DNA from: Chiloscyllium plagiosum
Taxonomy: Eukaryota
Assembly: GCF_004010195.1 (NCBI RefSeq)
Contig: NC_057750.1
Span: 254,734 to 318,733 of the forward strand
Length of the DNA stretch: 64,000 nt
Direction of reading: 5' to 3'
The position numbers and the translations under genes were made by a program. A model generated the notes under the pieces. That model had not been told where the DNA came from and made no database searches. It saw only the letters and a program-made list of their open reading frames with translations. Below are positions 1 through 11,545 of this stretch, piece after piece. Positions within the stretch are counted from its first letter, which is position 1. Each line of letters opens with the position of its first letter.

Positions 1-199
1 GAAAAGATTTTATTTGTTAAGACAAATTAGTACACCATCTGTCTGTCTGATGAGGTGTTTTTATTCACTGCCACCATAAATTTTAGCGACAGTGACTCCT
101 AATTCCCCCAACTGATGAAGCCAGATAAAACAGCACTGGAGAATTTCAACCCTTCCTTGCCCCCTGCCATTTATATCTTTCATACGGGGACAAGCAAAT

Positions 200-730
200 A
201 AGAACTCAGTAACAGGCTCTTCGGCCCATCAAGCCTGTATTGTTACATGACACCATTCTAAACTAAAACCCCGTTGCCTTTATGCTATCCATATTCCTCT
301 ATTCCCTGTCTGTTCATGTATCTGTGAAGATGGCTCTTTACTGTTGCTAATGTAACTGCTTCCACTACCTCCTCTGGCAGCACATTGCAAGGACTCCTCT
401 GCAAGGACTTACCACCTTCTGTGCAAAAACATTTGTCTCTCACATCTCCTTTAATCTTTCCTCCTTTTACATTAAACCTCTGTCCCCTAGTGACCGATAT
501 TTCTACCCTGGAAAAAAGACTCTGACTATCCATTCTATCCATACCTCTCATAATTATGTTGACCTTATCAGGTTGCCCCTCAGCCTCTCACATTCAAATG
601 AAAACAAACTGAGTTTGTCCAATCTCTCTTCATAACCAATACCCTCCAAACAAGGAAATGTCCTGGCTAATGTTTCTGTACCTTCTCTAAAGCCTCCACA
701 CCCTGCTGTGTAGTGTTGTGACCAGACATG
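200..730 (-). mobile_element. CR1/HER1-type LINE 3' fragment
   Basis: Minus ORF 285-551 (MRGMDRMDSQSLF...VLPEEVVEA...HLHRYMNRQGIEEYG) is the typical CR1 ORF2 C-terminus, followed by a CR1 3' UTR. Confidence 0.85.
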
Positions 731-773
731 TGCAAAATGTGAAATGAATCAAAGGTTTTGTTGGTAGATTCTC

Positions 774-968
774 AGAATCACAGAATTGTTACAGCACAGA
801 GGTGGCTGTTCGGCCCGTCATGCCTGCACCAACTCCAAGTGCCAATCTCATTCCTTTCCCCATATCCCTGAGCATCATTTCTATCCAAATAACCATCCAA
901 AGTCTCATTTGAACTTGCCTCCACCACATTTCCAGGCAGGGCAATCGAGATCCTAACCACTTACTGGG
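774..968 (-). mobile_element. Old CR1-like 3' end fragment
   Basis: Minus ORF ALPGNVVEASSNETLDGYLDRN...GYGE, plus a stem-loop/tail resembling the other CR1 ends. Confidence 0.65.
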
Positions 969-1035
969 TGAAAGGGAAGATGGTTTTAGGGAGTAAGATG
1001 GAGACGTGAGGAAATTTAGGGATTCCATCTTTGTT

Positions 1036-1294
1036 CTACTGTCTGTGAGGAGTTTGCACACTCTCCTTGTGTCTACATTGGTTTCCTCTGGGTGCTCCAT
1101 TTTCCTCCCACAGTCCAAAATGTGCAGGTTAGGTGGATTGGCCATGCTAAATTGCCTATAGCATGCAGGCTAGGTGGAGTAATCATTAGAAATGCAGGGT
1201 TACAAAGATAGGTCTGGATGGGATGCTGTTCGGAGGGTCAATATGGATGCGATGGACTGAATGGCCTGCTTCCACAATGCAGGGATTCTATGAC
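1036..1294 (+). mobile_element. HE1-type SINE, 5'-truncated
   Basis: ctgtctgtgaggagtttgcac...gtgcaggttaggtggattggccatgctaaattgcc...gggattctatga; same body as the copies at 28598, 37070, 38424, 46018 and 58900. Confidence 0.8.
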
Positions 1295-1992
1295 TACAAA
1301 AACAGAGTCGAGGTTCCAGTTGGCCCACCTGATTCTTCGGCATTGCTGAGAAGAACAACAGGATTACAGGATGGATTGTACAATTTAAAGATTGCAGATT
1401 GGAATTTAACACAGCAAATATTAAAGGGGTTTGCTCACAATCAGTATTGCCTGATCTTCAAGCCTGATTTTCAAAATCAGTTATTTACAGACAGATGCAG
1501 AAGATGAAAACAATGTTATTCCATAACATTTCTGTATTTACATCAAATTCTTCTTTCCTCCTTTTTAACAGGTTTTACCCATTTTAAGTAAATTACATTC
1601 TGTTAGCATCAATTAGAATGAAACTTGAAATTGTCCCTGGTGATGTCCCATCTAGATGGGGTTACACACCGAGTTCGAAATGAAAATGTGCTCTAACAGT
1701 CAGCAGCGTTAAATCCTGAAACCTTGGTAAACAGGATTAACAAAGCAGAGAATTAATATTTCCCACAGCCAACACTTCCCCAAATTCGTTGTAGTGAAAT
1801 GCGTTGTCTTACAGTTGAAACTGATGTAACGATCAATTAACTGAATCAATAGTTTGCCAGGATTTGAGCAAGTGCAGGATTAACCCATGCTCACTCAAAT
1901 AAATGTCCCATCAGCTTGTTAAAGGAGACAAATAACCACAGCCATTGCTCTGAGAATCACAGACCAGGTATGAGTTATGAGCTAATAACTTT

Positions 1993-2512
1993 CTACTTGA
2001 GAAAGGATGTACTAGCACTGGGGGAGGGGGGGTGTGTGCAGAGGAGGTTCACTGAGTTGATTCTGGAGTTGAGAGGGTTGGCTTATGAGGAGAAATTGAG
2101 TAGACTGGTTCTATGCTCACTGGAATTTAGAAGAATGAGGTAGGTGAGGATCTTATCAAAACAGATAAAATTATGAAGTGAATAGACAAGATAGGAATGG
2201 GGTTGTTGTTTCCACTTGCAGTTGAAACTATAACTAGGGGTGATAGCCTCAAAATAAGGGGGAGCAGATTTCGGACTGAGTTGAGGAGGAACTTCTTCAC
2301 CCAAAGGGTTGTGAATCTGTGGAATTCCCCGCCCAGGGAAGCTGTTGAGGTTTTCTGATTGAATGTTTTTGAACAGTAAAGGAATTAAGGGATATGGTGA
2401 GTGGGCGGGTAATGGAGCTGAGTCCATGAAAAAATCAGCCATGATCCTATTGGATGGTGGAGCAGGGTCAATGGGCCAGACGGCCTACTCCTGCTCCTAT
2501 GTTCTCATGTAC
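1993..2512 (+). mobile_element. CR1 LINE 3' fragment
   Basis: YLRKDVLAL...VQRRFTELI...YEEKLSRL, RRNFFTQRVVNLWNS, and a tail ending ctcctgctcctatgttc. Confidence 0.85.
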
Positions 2513-2781
2513 CTTGATGCTCTTGTAATTTCTCAATTTTTCTGGTTTGTACTAATTTCCAAATACTTTCTTCCTCACACCTGAATTCTCACAATGTTCA
2601 AATCATGATTTATCACAACATTTCTCAACCCAATTTAATCACCAATAATTGTGGAATTCCTTGTAAGATTAGCTGTGAAGGTTGAATGATGGATCAGGTT
2701 TGAAGGATCAATGGGACTGAACTTACTCTTTTGATTTATCCTTATCCTATCACGAAACCCTCCCTTCAGCATTAAAAAAAA

Positions 2782-2933
2782 TCATGGGATGTGAGTGTCA
2801 CTGGCTAATGTTTATCTCCCAGAGACCAGGTAAGAATCATTGTGGGTCTGGAGTCACTTGTAGACCAGACTGGGAAAGGACAGCAGATTTCCTTCCCTAA
2901 AGGATATTAGTGACTCACTTCATGACAGTGGTT
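2782..2933 (-). mobile_element. Fragment of a second LINE family (CR1/L2-clade-like)
   Basis: gggatgtgagtgtcactggc...gggtctggagtcac...agatttccttccctaaagga; similar to 23805-24130. Confidence 0.5.
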
Positions 2934-5394
2934 ACATAGAACATAGAACAGTACAGGCCCTTTGGCTCTCAATGTCATGCCAACCTTTTATCCTGCTCTA
3001 AGATCAGACTAACCTACATACCCTTCATTGTACTATCTACCTTGTGCCTATCCAAGAGTCACTTAACTATCCCTAAAGTATCTTACTCTACTACCACTGC
3101 TGGTAGTGCATTCTACACACCCACCATTCTCTGTATAAAGAACCTCCCTCTGACATCTCCCCTAAACCTTCCTCCAATCACCTTAAAATTATGCCCCCTT
3201 GTGATAGACATTTCCGTTCTGGGAAAAAGTCTCTGGCTATCTATGCTTCTCAACATCTTGTACACCTCTATCAAGTCATCTCTCATTCTTCTTTGTTCCA
3301 ATGAGAAAAGTCCTAGCTCTCTCAATCCTTCTTCAAAAGACATTCCCTCCAGTTCAGGCAGCACTCTAGTAAATTTCCTCTGCACCCTCTCTAAAGCTTT
3401 CACATCCTTTCTATAATGAGGCAGCAAGAACTGAACACAATATTCAAAGTGTAGCTGAACTAGGCCTCTATAGAGCTTCAGCATAACCTTGGCTCTTAAA
3501 TGCAATCCTGCTGCTAATGAAAGCCAACATACCATACGCCTTCTTAACAACCTTATCAACTTGGGTGGCAACTTTGAGGGATCTATGGACATGGACCTCA
3601 AGATCCCTCTGTTCCTCCACACTCCCAATATTCCTGTCTTTAACTCTGCAATCTGCATTCAAATATGACCTTCCAAAGTGAATCACTTCACACTTTTCCA
3701 GGTTGAACTTCATCTGTCACTTCTCAGACCGGCTCTGCATCCTGTCAATGTCCCACTGCAACCTACAACAGCCCTCCACACTATCCACAATCCACCAACC
3801 TTTGTGTCATCAGCAAACTTATTAACCCACCCTTCCACTTCCTCATCCAAATTATTTATAAAAATCACAAAGTGCAGAGGTCCCAGAACACATCCCTGCC
3901 AAGCACCACTGGTCACCGAGCTCCAGGCTGAATACTTTCCATCTACCACCATCCTCTGTCTTCTATGGGCCAGACAATTCTGCATCCAGACAGACAGGTT
4001 TCTCTGTATCCCATGCCTCCTTACATTCTGAATGGGGATACCATGGGGAATCTTATCAAATGCCCTGCTAAGATCCATGTACACCACATCCACTGCTCTA
4101 CCTACATCAATGTGTTTTGTCACATCCTCAAAGAATTCAATAAGGTGAGGCATGACCTGCCCACTCACAAAGCTATGCTGACTATCTTTAATCAAACTAT
4201 GGTTTTCCAAGTAATCATAAATCCTGTCTCTCAGAATCCTCTCCAATACTTTATCCAGCACAGACGTGAGACTAACTGGTATGTAATTCCTGGGATTCTC
4301 CCTATTCCCTTTCTTGAACAAGGGAATAATATTTGCCACCCTCCAATCATCCGGCACTGCTCTAGTGGACAGTGAGGTTGCAAAGTCATTGCCAAAGGCA
4401 CAGCAATCTCTTCCCTCACTTCCTGTAGGAACCTCGGGTATATCCCATCTGGCCCAGGGGATTTATCTATCCTTATGATTTTCAAACTTTGAAGCACATC
4501 CTCCTTCCTCACATCAACTTGTTCTAGCATATCAGTCTGTTTCATGCTGTCCTCAGAAATATCAAGGTCCCTGTTAGTAGTGAATACTGAAGCAAAGTAC
4601 TCATTAAAGATCTCCTCTGACTCCAGGTGCAAGTTCCCTCCACTATCCCTGATGGCCCAAACCTCACTCTGGCCATCCTCTTGTTCCTCACATAAGCGTA
4701 GAATGCATTAGGGTTTTCCTTAATCCTACCTGCTAAAGCTTTTTCATGCCCCCTTCTAGCTCTCCTAAGTCCATTCTTGAGTTCTTTCCTGGCTACCTTG
4801 TAACCTTCCAGAGCCCTGTCTGATCCTTGCCTCCTCAACCTTAAGCTTCCTTCTTCCTCTTGACTAGATGTTCCACATCCTTGTCACCCAAGCTTCTTTT
4901 AACCTACCATCCCCTCCTTGCCTCAGCGAAGCAAACCAGTCCAGGACTATCAGCAAGTGTTTCCTAAACAACTCCCATTTTTCTGTTGTGCATTTTCCTG
5001 AGAACATCAGTTCTCAATTCAGGTGCCCCATTTCCTTCCTAATAGCATTGTAATCCTCACGCCTACAATTAAATACTTTCCTACCTTGTCTGCTCCTATC
5101 CCTTGCCATGAGTGTAGTAAAGGTCAGGGAGCTGTGATCACTATCACTGAAATGCTCTCCCACTGAGAGATCTGACACCTGGCATGGTTCCTTGCCAAGC
5201 ATCAAATCCAACATGGCTTCCCCTTTACTCATCCTATCTACATATTGCATCAGGAACCCTTCCTGGATACACAATACATAAACTGTTCCGTCCAAACTAT
5301 TTGAACTATGCAGGTTCCAATCAATACTAGAGAAGTTAAAGTCACCCATGACAATCACCCTGTTACTTCTGCACCTTTCCAAAATCTGCCTACA
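2934..5394 (-). mobile_element. CR1 LINE ORF2, 5'-truncated and frameshifted (partial endonuclease + RT + 3' UTR)
   Basis: Successive minus ORFs carry APE motifs VMGDFNF and SDSDH, then KSPGPDGIYP, DWRVANIIPLFKKG, DVVYMDLSRAFDK, QGCVLGP, KFADDTK and EYCVQF; (TTCTATG)n-type tail near 2934. Confidence 0.95.
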
Positions 5395-5420
5395 TGATAA
5401 CAAGTAGGTTAGCTTTTATA

Positions 5421-5692
5421 GGAGAAAGTGAGGACTGCAGATGCTTGAGATAATGCTTGAAAATGCATTGCTGGAAAAGCGCATCAGGTCAGGCAGCACC
5501 AAGGAGCAGGAGAATCGACGTTTCGGGCACGAGCCCTTCTTAGGAATGAGGAAAGTGTGCCAAGCAGGCTAAGATAAAAGGTAGGGAGGAGGGACTTGGG
5601 GGAGGGGCGTTGGAAATGCGATAGGTGGAAGGAGGTTAAGGTGAGGGTGATAGGCCGGAGTGGGGGTGGGGGCGGAGAGGTCAGGAAGAAGA
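5421..5692 (-). mobile_element. Penelope-like element terminal repeat (family A) with a degenerate hammerhead core
   Basis: Starts ggagaaagtgaggactgcagatgct; the reverse strand reads ctaaga-agggctcgtgccc-gaaacgtc (one base lost from CTGAAGA); near-identical to 27005-27205. Confidence 0.85.
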
Positions 5693-6654
5693 TTTTATAT
5701 CTGAATTTCTTTATTTAAAAAATCATTCAAATGACACTATGTCATAGACATGTCAGTTACAGTGGGATTGAATCTACTGTACATTAACCAGAAATACTTA
5801 ATTAGCAGCCCAGTGATATTACTTCTACACCAGAAGGTAAATGGCATCATGTGGTTGCTACTCAAATGCAGGAAAATCGATGCTGCTTAACTGATAATTA
5901 ATGAGACTGATTTATATGGTTTACAATGTTTAGTTGATTCATAAAAAAAAATGAAACTCTTTAAGGCAGGTCTATAAACAATAAAGACAGATTTGTGTAG
6001 AATGAATCTGCACATTAGGATTATTACATGACAAATTTGGTTTACTTTCCATGCACAGCTTGTATAAACTAATTTCACTTCGAACCCTTAATAATCATTA
6101 GCAAGAGGAATTTCCATATCATCAGTCTGGGCAAGACTCAAAACATGGTCCCAGAGGCAAAACAAAACAAACTTCTAATGTATTGTTCTTGTGTTACACC
6201 ACCATTAATGCTCAAAACAATGAAGTCTCCAGTGATGAAGGTAAACTAAGTTTGATTAGCGTTGAATATAAGCTAATAACAGTTTAACCATGGTTTACTG
6301 ACTATCCCATGGATTGACTTATTCCATTCTGTGTCTAACCAGTTGCTTTAATTGCACCATTGATACAATAATTATAGATCAAAGGGACATTTCAGCATTC
6401 TCAAACTAGAACTACTCGCTTTAAAGACCAGAAGAGAAATGAAAAAAAAACCGCCTTTGCAGGACCATGGAGAGCTCCTTGTACGTCTTCAGTTCTGAGC
6501 CGTTAAGAATAAACTTAGCACAATTGCCTCAACGATTCCTTAAAGGACACTTTTAGAGCGATAAAGAAATGCTTTATCATTAGTTAATTATGGGAAGGAT
6601 GTTATTTGTAATGCCGTTTCGATAGAGAAGTGAGAAAAGAAAGGTTTTGCACCC

Positions 6655-6760
6655 ATTAGGAAATTCCTTTGCCTCACTTTACAAGAGCGACTACACTTCT
6701 AAAGTTTTAATTGCCTACAAAGAATTTTGGAGCATCCCTTGGTTGGACATGAATTCAAGT
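6655..6760 (+). mobile_element. DeuSINE/SacSINE1-like 3' remnant
   Basis: ttacaagagcgactacacttctaaagt resembles the 3' end of the 40438-41070 copy. Confidence 0.35.
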
Positions 6761-8781
6761 CTTTGCCCCTTGAGATTAATGGTTAGAAAGTATTCTTTTA
6801 AAAAAATCATTTATTGCTTTAATAAATCTCAAAGATACTTTGATGAACAATGGTTGCTGCAGTGTTAACAACGGTATAACCATTAAAGCTTGAAGTGAAA
6901 TCAAATAGCATCTGTTAGTTTTGTGCACTGATAGTTATCAGCTTTATCCTCATTTCCCTCTACAAGATAATTACCAAAGTCTGCAACCTCCCAAATCTCA
7001 AACTATTGCCACTTTCTCTTCCTCAGTAGTGCTGGGTGGCTGGAAGATTTGATGAAGTATTTAGAACAGGGAAGCATAAGTATGGATAAAAGCAAACACT
7101 AGGACTGTCAGTTCAGAATTCAAGGACAGTATTATAAAATTCACAGCCTCCAGTAACATTATAGATTGAAGGATTTATTTCCCACAGGATAATGAATATG
7201 AGGCATGAAAAAATGCTTATTGCTGGGTCAACAAATGCCTTAAGAAAAGAATTGAATCAATAGCTGTTGAGAAAGATGCCTGAGATTTCTGGATATGAAC
7301 AAATCTGTTAGATTCACATTGAAGTTTTGAAAAAGGACACATATTGATGAAAGGGAAGGAGGACTGATGTGGTCACACATGGAGTTAAAGTCATGGACCA
7401 AAAATTTTCTTTTGCTTCAAGGTTTTTTTTTGATGTTCTAATTTGGCTTTGCAGATTTGGTTACCTCCTTCAAAGCTTCTGTTCTCAAATCTCTGTGCTC
7501 ACATACACAGCTGCACATTTCTATTTTAAGTCTTAATTTTCTCACTATTCTATTTACAAGCTCTATTTTTAACAGTGTGATGTATTAACTCTACTGGTTC
7601 TCAGTTTTTCAATAGTAACTTCACTTATCACATCACTAACAGTCCCTCCGACTACAAAAAACACAGACCAGCTGTCTTTGCAGTAACTGGCAATCAGACA
7701 ATACAACTTCTCAGCCCCAATTGAAGAATGATTTCAGAAGAATAAAAAGACTCATCGCGTTGCTAAAAATTACTTTAAATTGCACACTCACTCTCAACAA
7801 TCTGAGTGTTTATATGACCTTTTCATATTTAATGGACTAGCTGTTAATTAGCCTTTTTGCACCTCCTCCAACGTGGTTGAGATTTTCAGTAACAATCAGC
7901 GATGTTGGTTTAAATCAAATCACCTCATCACAAATCATTGATAAAATAATCGATAAGGTCATCTATGGCACTACAATTCTATCAATTGGAATTTTCAAAT
8001 AACTTAAGGTTGAGATTAGACAATATGCATCAGTCTGAATTTGTATTGCAGAGTCCTTCATGGGGATTTTCATGCAGTTAATAAAATTCTTCATTATTAT
8101 CGAGACAAAGCCAACCGCACAGAAGGCAGCCATTTGGCAATCTTATCAAGCCTGGTGCTAGCTATTCAATTGAAGCTATTAACTTGAATCCCATTTCACT
8201 GCCCTATCATCATCCCCTTTTGTTCTTCCATTTCAAATGCTTATGCAATTGCCTATTGAGGATTGTTATAGCTGCCTCTACACCATCAATTTCCAGCTGG
8301 GACTCTCAGATGCCTGAGAATAAGTAGAATGATCGCACCTCCATTGCCACAACACAGCTAAAACGGATTCAATTCAGCACTAATTGGGTTTGACTTACCT
8401 TTGAACCAGTGTCAGATCTGAAAATCACTGAGTTAATTATTAAATAAACACAATGTAAAAGACTCCATTCTGTTATCCACCAAAGCCCTAACCTCAGAAA
8501 AGTGAAGATCATCATTGTGACCTCTTTCTATCCTCCAGCAGCTGTTCTTGTGACTTTTCTTAATGTACCTGACAATTTATGCCAATTATTGTTGAATTGT
8601 TGCCAGCTAGTGTCCACCAGGGGCTAACTTGAAATGCCCAAATACATTAGAGTTGTTATTATTGTTGGTGACAGATAATGAAGAATTTTATTCCACATGA
8701 ATCAAACACCTCACATGCTTAGCCTATCCAAAATATCCCTGTCATATGAATTCCTTTCGCTTGAGTTCAGGCCGAGCTAAG

Positions 8782-9472
8782 CAGAGACCTTGGCGTGCAG
8801 GTTCATAGCTCCTTGAAAGTGGAGTCGCAGGTATATAGGATAGTAAAGAAGGTGCTTGGTATGCTTTCTTTTATTGGTCCAAGTATTGAGTACAGGAGTT
8901 GGGAGGTCATGCTGTGGCTGTACAGGACATTGGTTACACCACTGTTGGAATATTGCATGCAGTTATTGGAAAGAAGTTGTGAAAGTTGAAAGGGTTCAGA
9001 AAATATTAACAAAGATGTTGCCAGGGCTAGAGAGTTTGAGCTATAGGGAGAGGTTGAACAGGCTAGGGCTGTTTTCCCTGGAGCGTCGGAAGCTGAGGGG
9101 TGACCTTATAGAGGTTTACAAAATTATGAGGGGCATGGATAGGATAAATAGACAAAGTCTTTTCCCTGGGATAGGAGAGTCCAGAACTAGAGGGCATAGG
9201 TTTAGGGTGAGAGGGAAAAGATATGAAAAAGACCTAAGGGGCAACTTTTTCATGCAGAGGGTGGTACTTGTATGGAATGAGCTGTCAGAGGAAGTGGTGG
9301 AGGCTGGTACAATTACAACATTTAAAAGGCATCTGGGTGGATATATGAATAAGAAGGGCTTGGAGGGATAAGGGCCAGGTGCTGGCAGGTGGGACTAGAT
9401 TGGTTTGGGATATCTAGATTGGGTTGGACTGAAGGGTCTGTTTCCATGCTGTACATCTCTATGACTCTATGA
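8782..9472 (+). mobile_element. CR1/HER1 LINE 3' part
   Basis: VHSSLKVESQV, LYRTLVTPLLEYC, RGDLIEVYKIMRGMDR, WNELSEEVVEAG; (CTATGACT)n tail. Confidence 0.92.
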
Positions 9473-9592
9473 CCTGATGAAGGGGCTGCGCTCCAAAAAC
9501 TTGTGATTCCAAGTAAATCTGTTGGACTATAACGTGGTGTTGTGTGACTTTTGATTTTGTCCACCCCAGTCCAACACCAGCATCTCCACACC
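9472..9592 (+). mobile_element. Penelope-like terminal repeat (family C), degenerate hammerhead
   Basis: ctgatga-aggggctgcgctcc-aaaaac (GAAA mutated), then ggactataacgtggtgttgtgtga; related to 53045-53130 and 55900-56168. Confidence 0.7.
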
Positions 9593-9746
9593 TGTGCAGA
9601 GTGGACATAAGAAATAAGAACAGAAGTAAACTATTCAGTCTATCAACTCAATCTGCTAATCAATACAATCGCAAGGTTTGTGCAGGTTTGTAGCTCAGGT
9701 TGAGGTTTAGGGTGTAGGTTTGCTCGCTGAGCTGTAGGTTGGATAT

Positions 9747-9786
9747 CCAGACGTTTCATTACCTGGCTAGGTTACATCATCAGTGG
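9747..9786 (-). ncRNA. Minimal type I hammerhead ribozyme motif
   Basis: Reverse strand: cca CTGATGA tgtaacct-agcc-aggtaat GAAACGTC tgg; 3-bp stem I cca/tgg, stem II with one mismatch, palindromic ACGT, GUC triplet. Confidence 0.75.
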
Positions 9787-10063
9787 TGACCTCCAAGTGA
9801 AGCGAAGCTGTTGTCTCCTGCTTTCTATTTATATATCTTTCTCCTGGATGGGGTTCCTGGGGTTTGTGGTGATGTCATTTCCTGTTTGCTTTCTGAGGGG
9901 TTGATAGATGGCATCTACATCTATCCACAACGCCATAAACAAGCACATAGATCTAGATGCCATCTATCAACCCCTCAGAAATGACATCACCAGGAACCCC
10001 ATCCAGGAGAAAGATATATAAATAGAAAGTAGGAGACAACAGCTTCGCTTCACTTGGAGATCA

Positions 10064-10103
10064 CCACTGATGATGTTACCTAGCCAGGTAATGAAACATC
10101 TGG
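10064..10103 (+). ncRNA. Minimal hammerhead ribozyme motif (CG>CA change in stem III)
   Basis: cca CTGATGA tgttacct-agcc-aggtaat GAAACATC tgg. Confidence 0.65.
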
Positions 10104-10696
10104 ATATCCAACCTACAGCTCAGCGAGCAAACCTACACCCTAAATCAATACAATCATGGCTAATCTCGGGATTCAATTTGTTTCCCTTGATTTTCTGAGA
10201 CCAACAGTCTACCCCAGCCTTAAATATATTTAATAATGGAATATCCACGACCCGCTGGGTCAGGGAATTCCAAACATTCGCTATATCATGAGAAAATAAA
10301 TTTATTTTCATCTCAGTCCTAAATGATTGGCCCCTTAACCTGAGAATATGACCTATATTCTGGATTCTCCAGCCCAGGGGGAAACAACCTCTTTGTTTCT
10401 ATCCTGTTAAGCCTCTTCAGAATATTTCATGTTTCAATGTGGTCAGCTCTCTCTTCTCAACTTTTGACACAGGCCCAATTTACACAGTCTCTCATTAAAG
10501 GCATATTTTCATCCCTGTCACCAAACTAGTGAAATTCCACTGCCTGCTTCCAATGCAGGTATGTCAACTCTTAAATTTGGAGACCAAAACAGCGCACAGT
10601 ATTCCAAGTGTGATCACACCTTGTACAATTGTAACATTTGTACTCCTTAATCTAATCTCCTTGCACTAAAGGCTAACACTAAAGCCTTGCACTAAA

Positions 10697-10816
10697 GCCT
10701 GCTGGACACACTTTCCTCATTCCTGAAGAAGGGCTCATGCCTTAAACGTCGATTCTCCTGCTCCTTGGATGCTGCTTGACCTGCTGCGCTTTTCCAGCAA
10801 CACATTTTCAGCTCTC
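10697..10816 (+). mobile_element. Penelope-like terminal repeat (family A), hammerhead GAAA mutated
   Basis: ctgaagaagggctcatgcct-taaacgtcgattctcc...cacattttcagctct. Confidence 0.8.
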
Positions 10817-11012
10817 AAGGCTAACATGCCTAATTCATTGCTGTATCTGGATGTTAACTTTCTGTGTTCCTTGTACAAGTCTCAACAAGTCATTCTGAGC
10901 ATCAACATTTATATGGTAAAAACGAGAACTGCAGATGCTGAAAACCAGAGTCTAGATCAGAGAGGTGCTGGAAAAACACAAAAGATCAGGCAGCATCCGA
11001 GGAGCAGGAAAA

Positions 11013-11044
11013 TCGACGTTTCAGGCAAAAGCCCTTCATCAGGA
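11013..11044 (-). ncRNA. Minimal hammerhead ribozyme motif in the PLE terminal repeat
   Basis: Reverse strand: tc CTGATGA agggc-tttt-gcct GAAACGTC ga. Confidence 0.7.
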
Positions 11045-11391
11045 ATAGAGGCAGAGTGCCTTCAGGGTGAAGAGATAAATGAGAGGGGGGTGGGGGTGGG
11101 AAGAAAGTACCGTAGAGTACAATAGGTGAATGGGAGTGGGGTTGGAGGTGATAGGTCAGGGAGAAGGGTGGAGTGGATAGGTGGAAAAGAAGATAGGCAG
11201 GTAGGACAGGTCATGGGGACAGTGCTGAGCTGGAAGTTTGCAACTAGGGTGAGGTGGGGGAAGGGGAAATGAGGAAACTGTTGAAGTCCACATTGATGCC
11301 CTGGGGTTGAAGTGTTTCGAGGCGGAAGATGAGGCGTTCTTCCTCCAGGCGTCGGGTGGTGAGGGAGCGGCGGTGAAGGAGGCCCAGGACA

Positions 11392-11545
11392 NNNNNNNNN
11401 NNNNNNNNNNNNNNNNNNNNNNNNNNNNNNNNNNNNNNNNNNNNNNNNNNNNNNNNNNNNNNNNNNNNNNNNNNNNNNNNNNNNNNNNNNNNNNNNNNNN
11501 NNNNNNNNNNNNNNNNNNNNNNNNNNNNNNNNNNNNNNNNNNNNN
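11392..11545. other. Assembly gap (154 N)
   Basis: Run of N inside the PLE endonuclease region. Confidence 0.99.

Larger units (their letters stand above)
9671..10142. mobile_element. Fold-back Penelope-like element (family B) with 13-bp TSD
   Basis: Inverted arms ~9706-9924 and ~9947-10144; the centre encodes HNAINKHIDLDAIYQPLR (PLE ORF C-terminus-like); TSD aatcaatacaatc at 9658-9670 and 10143-10155. Confidence 0.9.
9606..10910 (-). mobile_element. Old CR1 3' region hosting two PLE insertions
   Basis: Minus ORF 10120-10311 has NVWNSLTQRVVD...IFKA; the CR1 3' UTR is split at 9671-10142 and 10697-10816. Confidence 0.75.
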
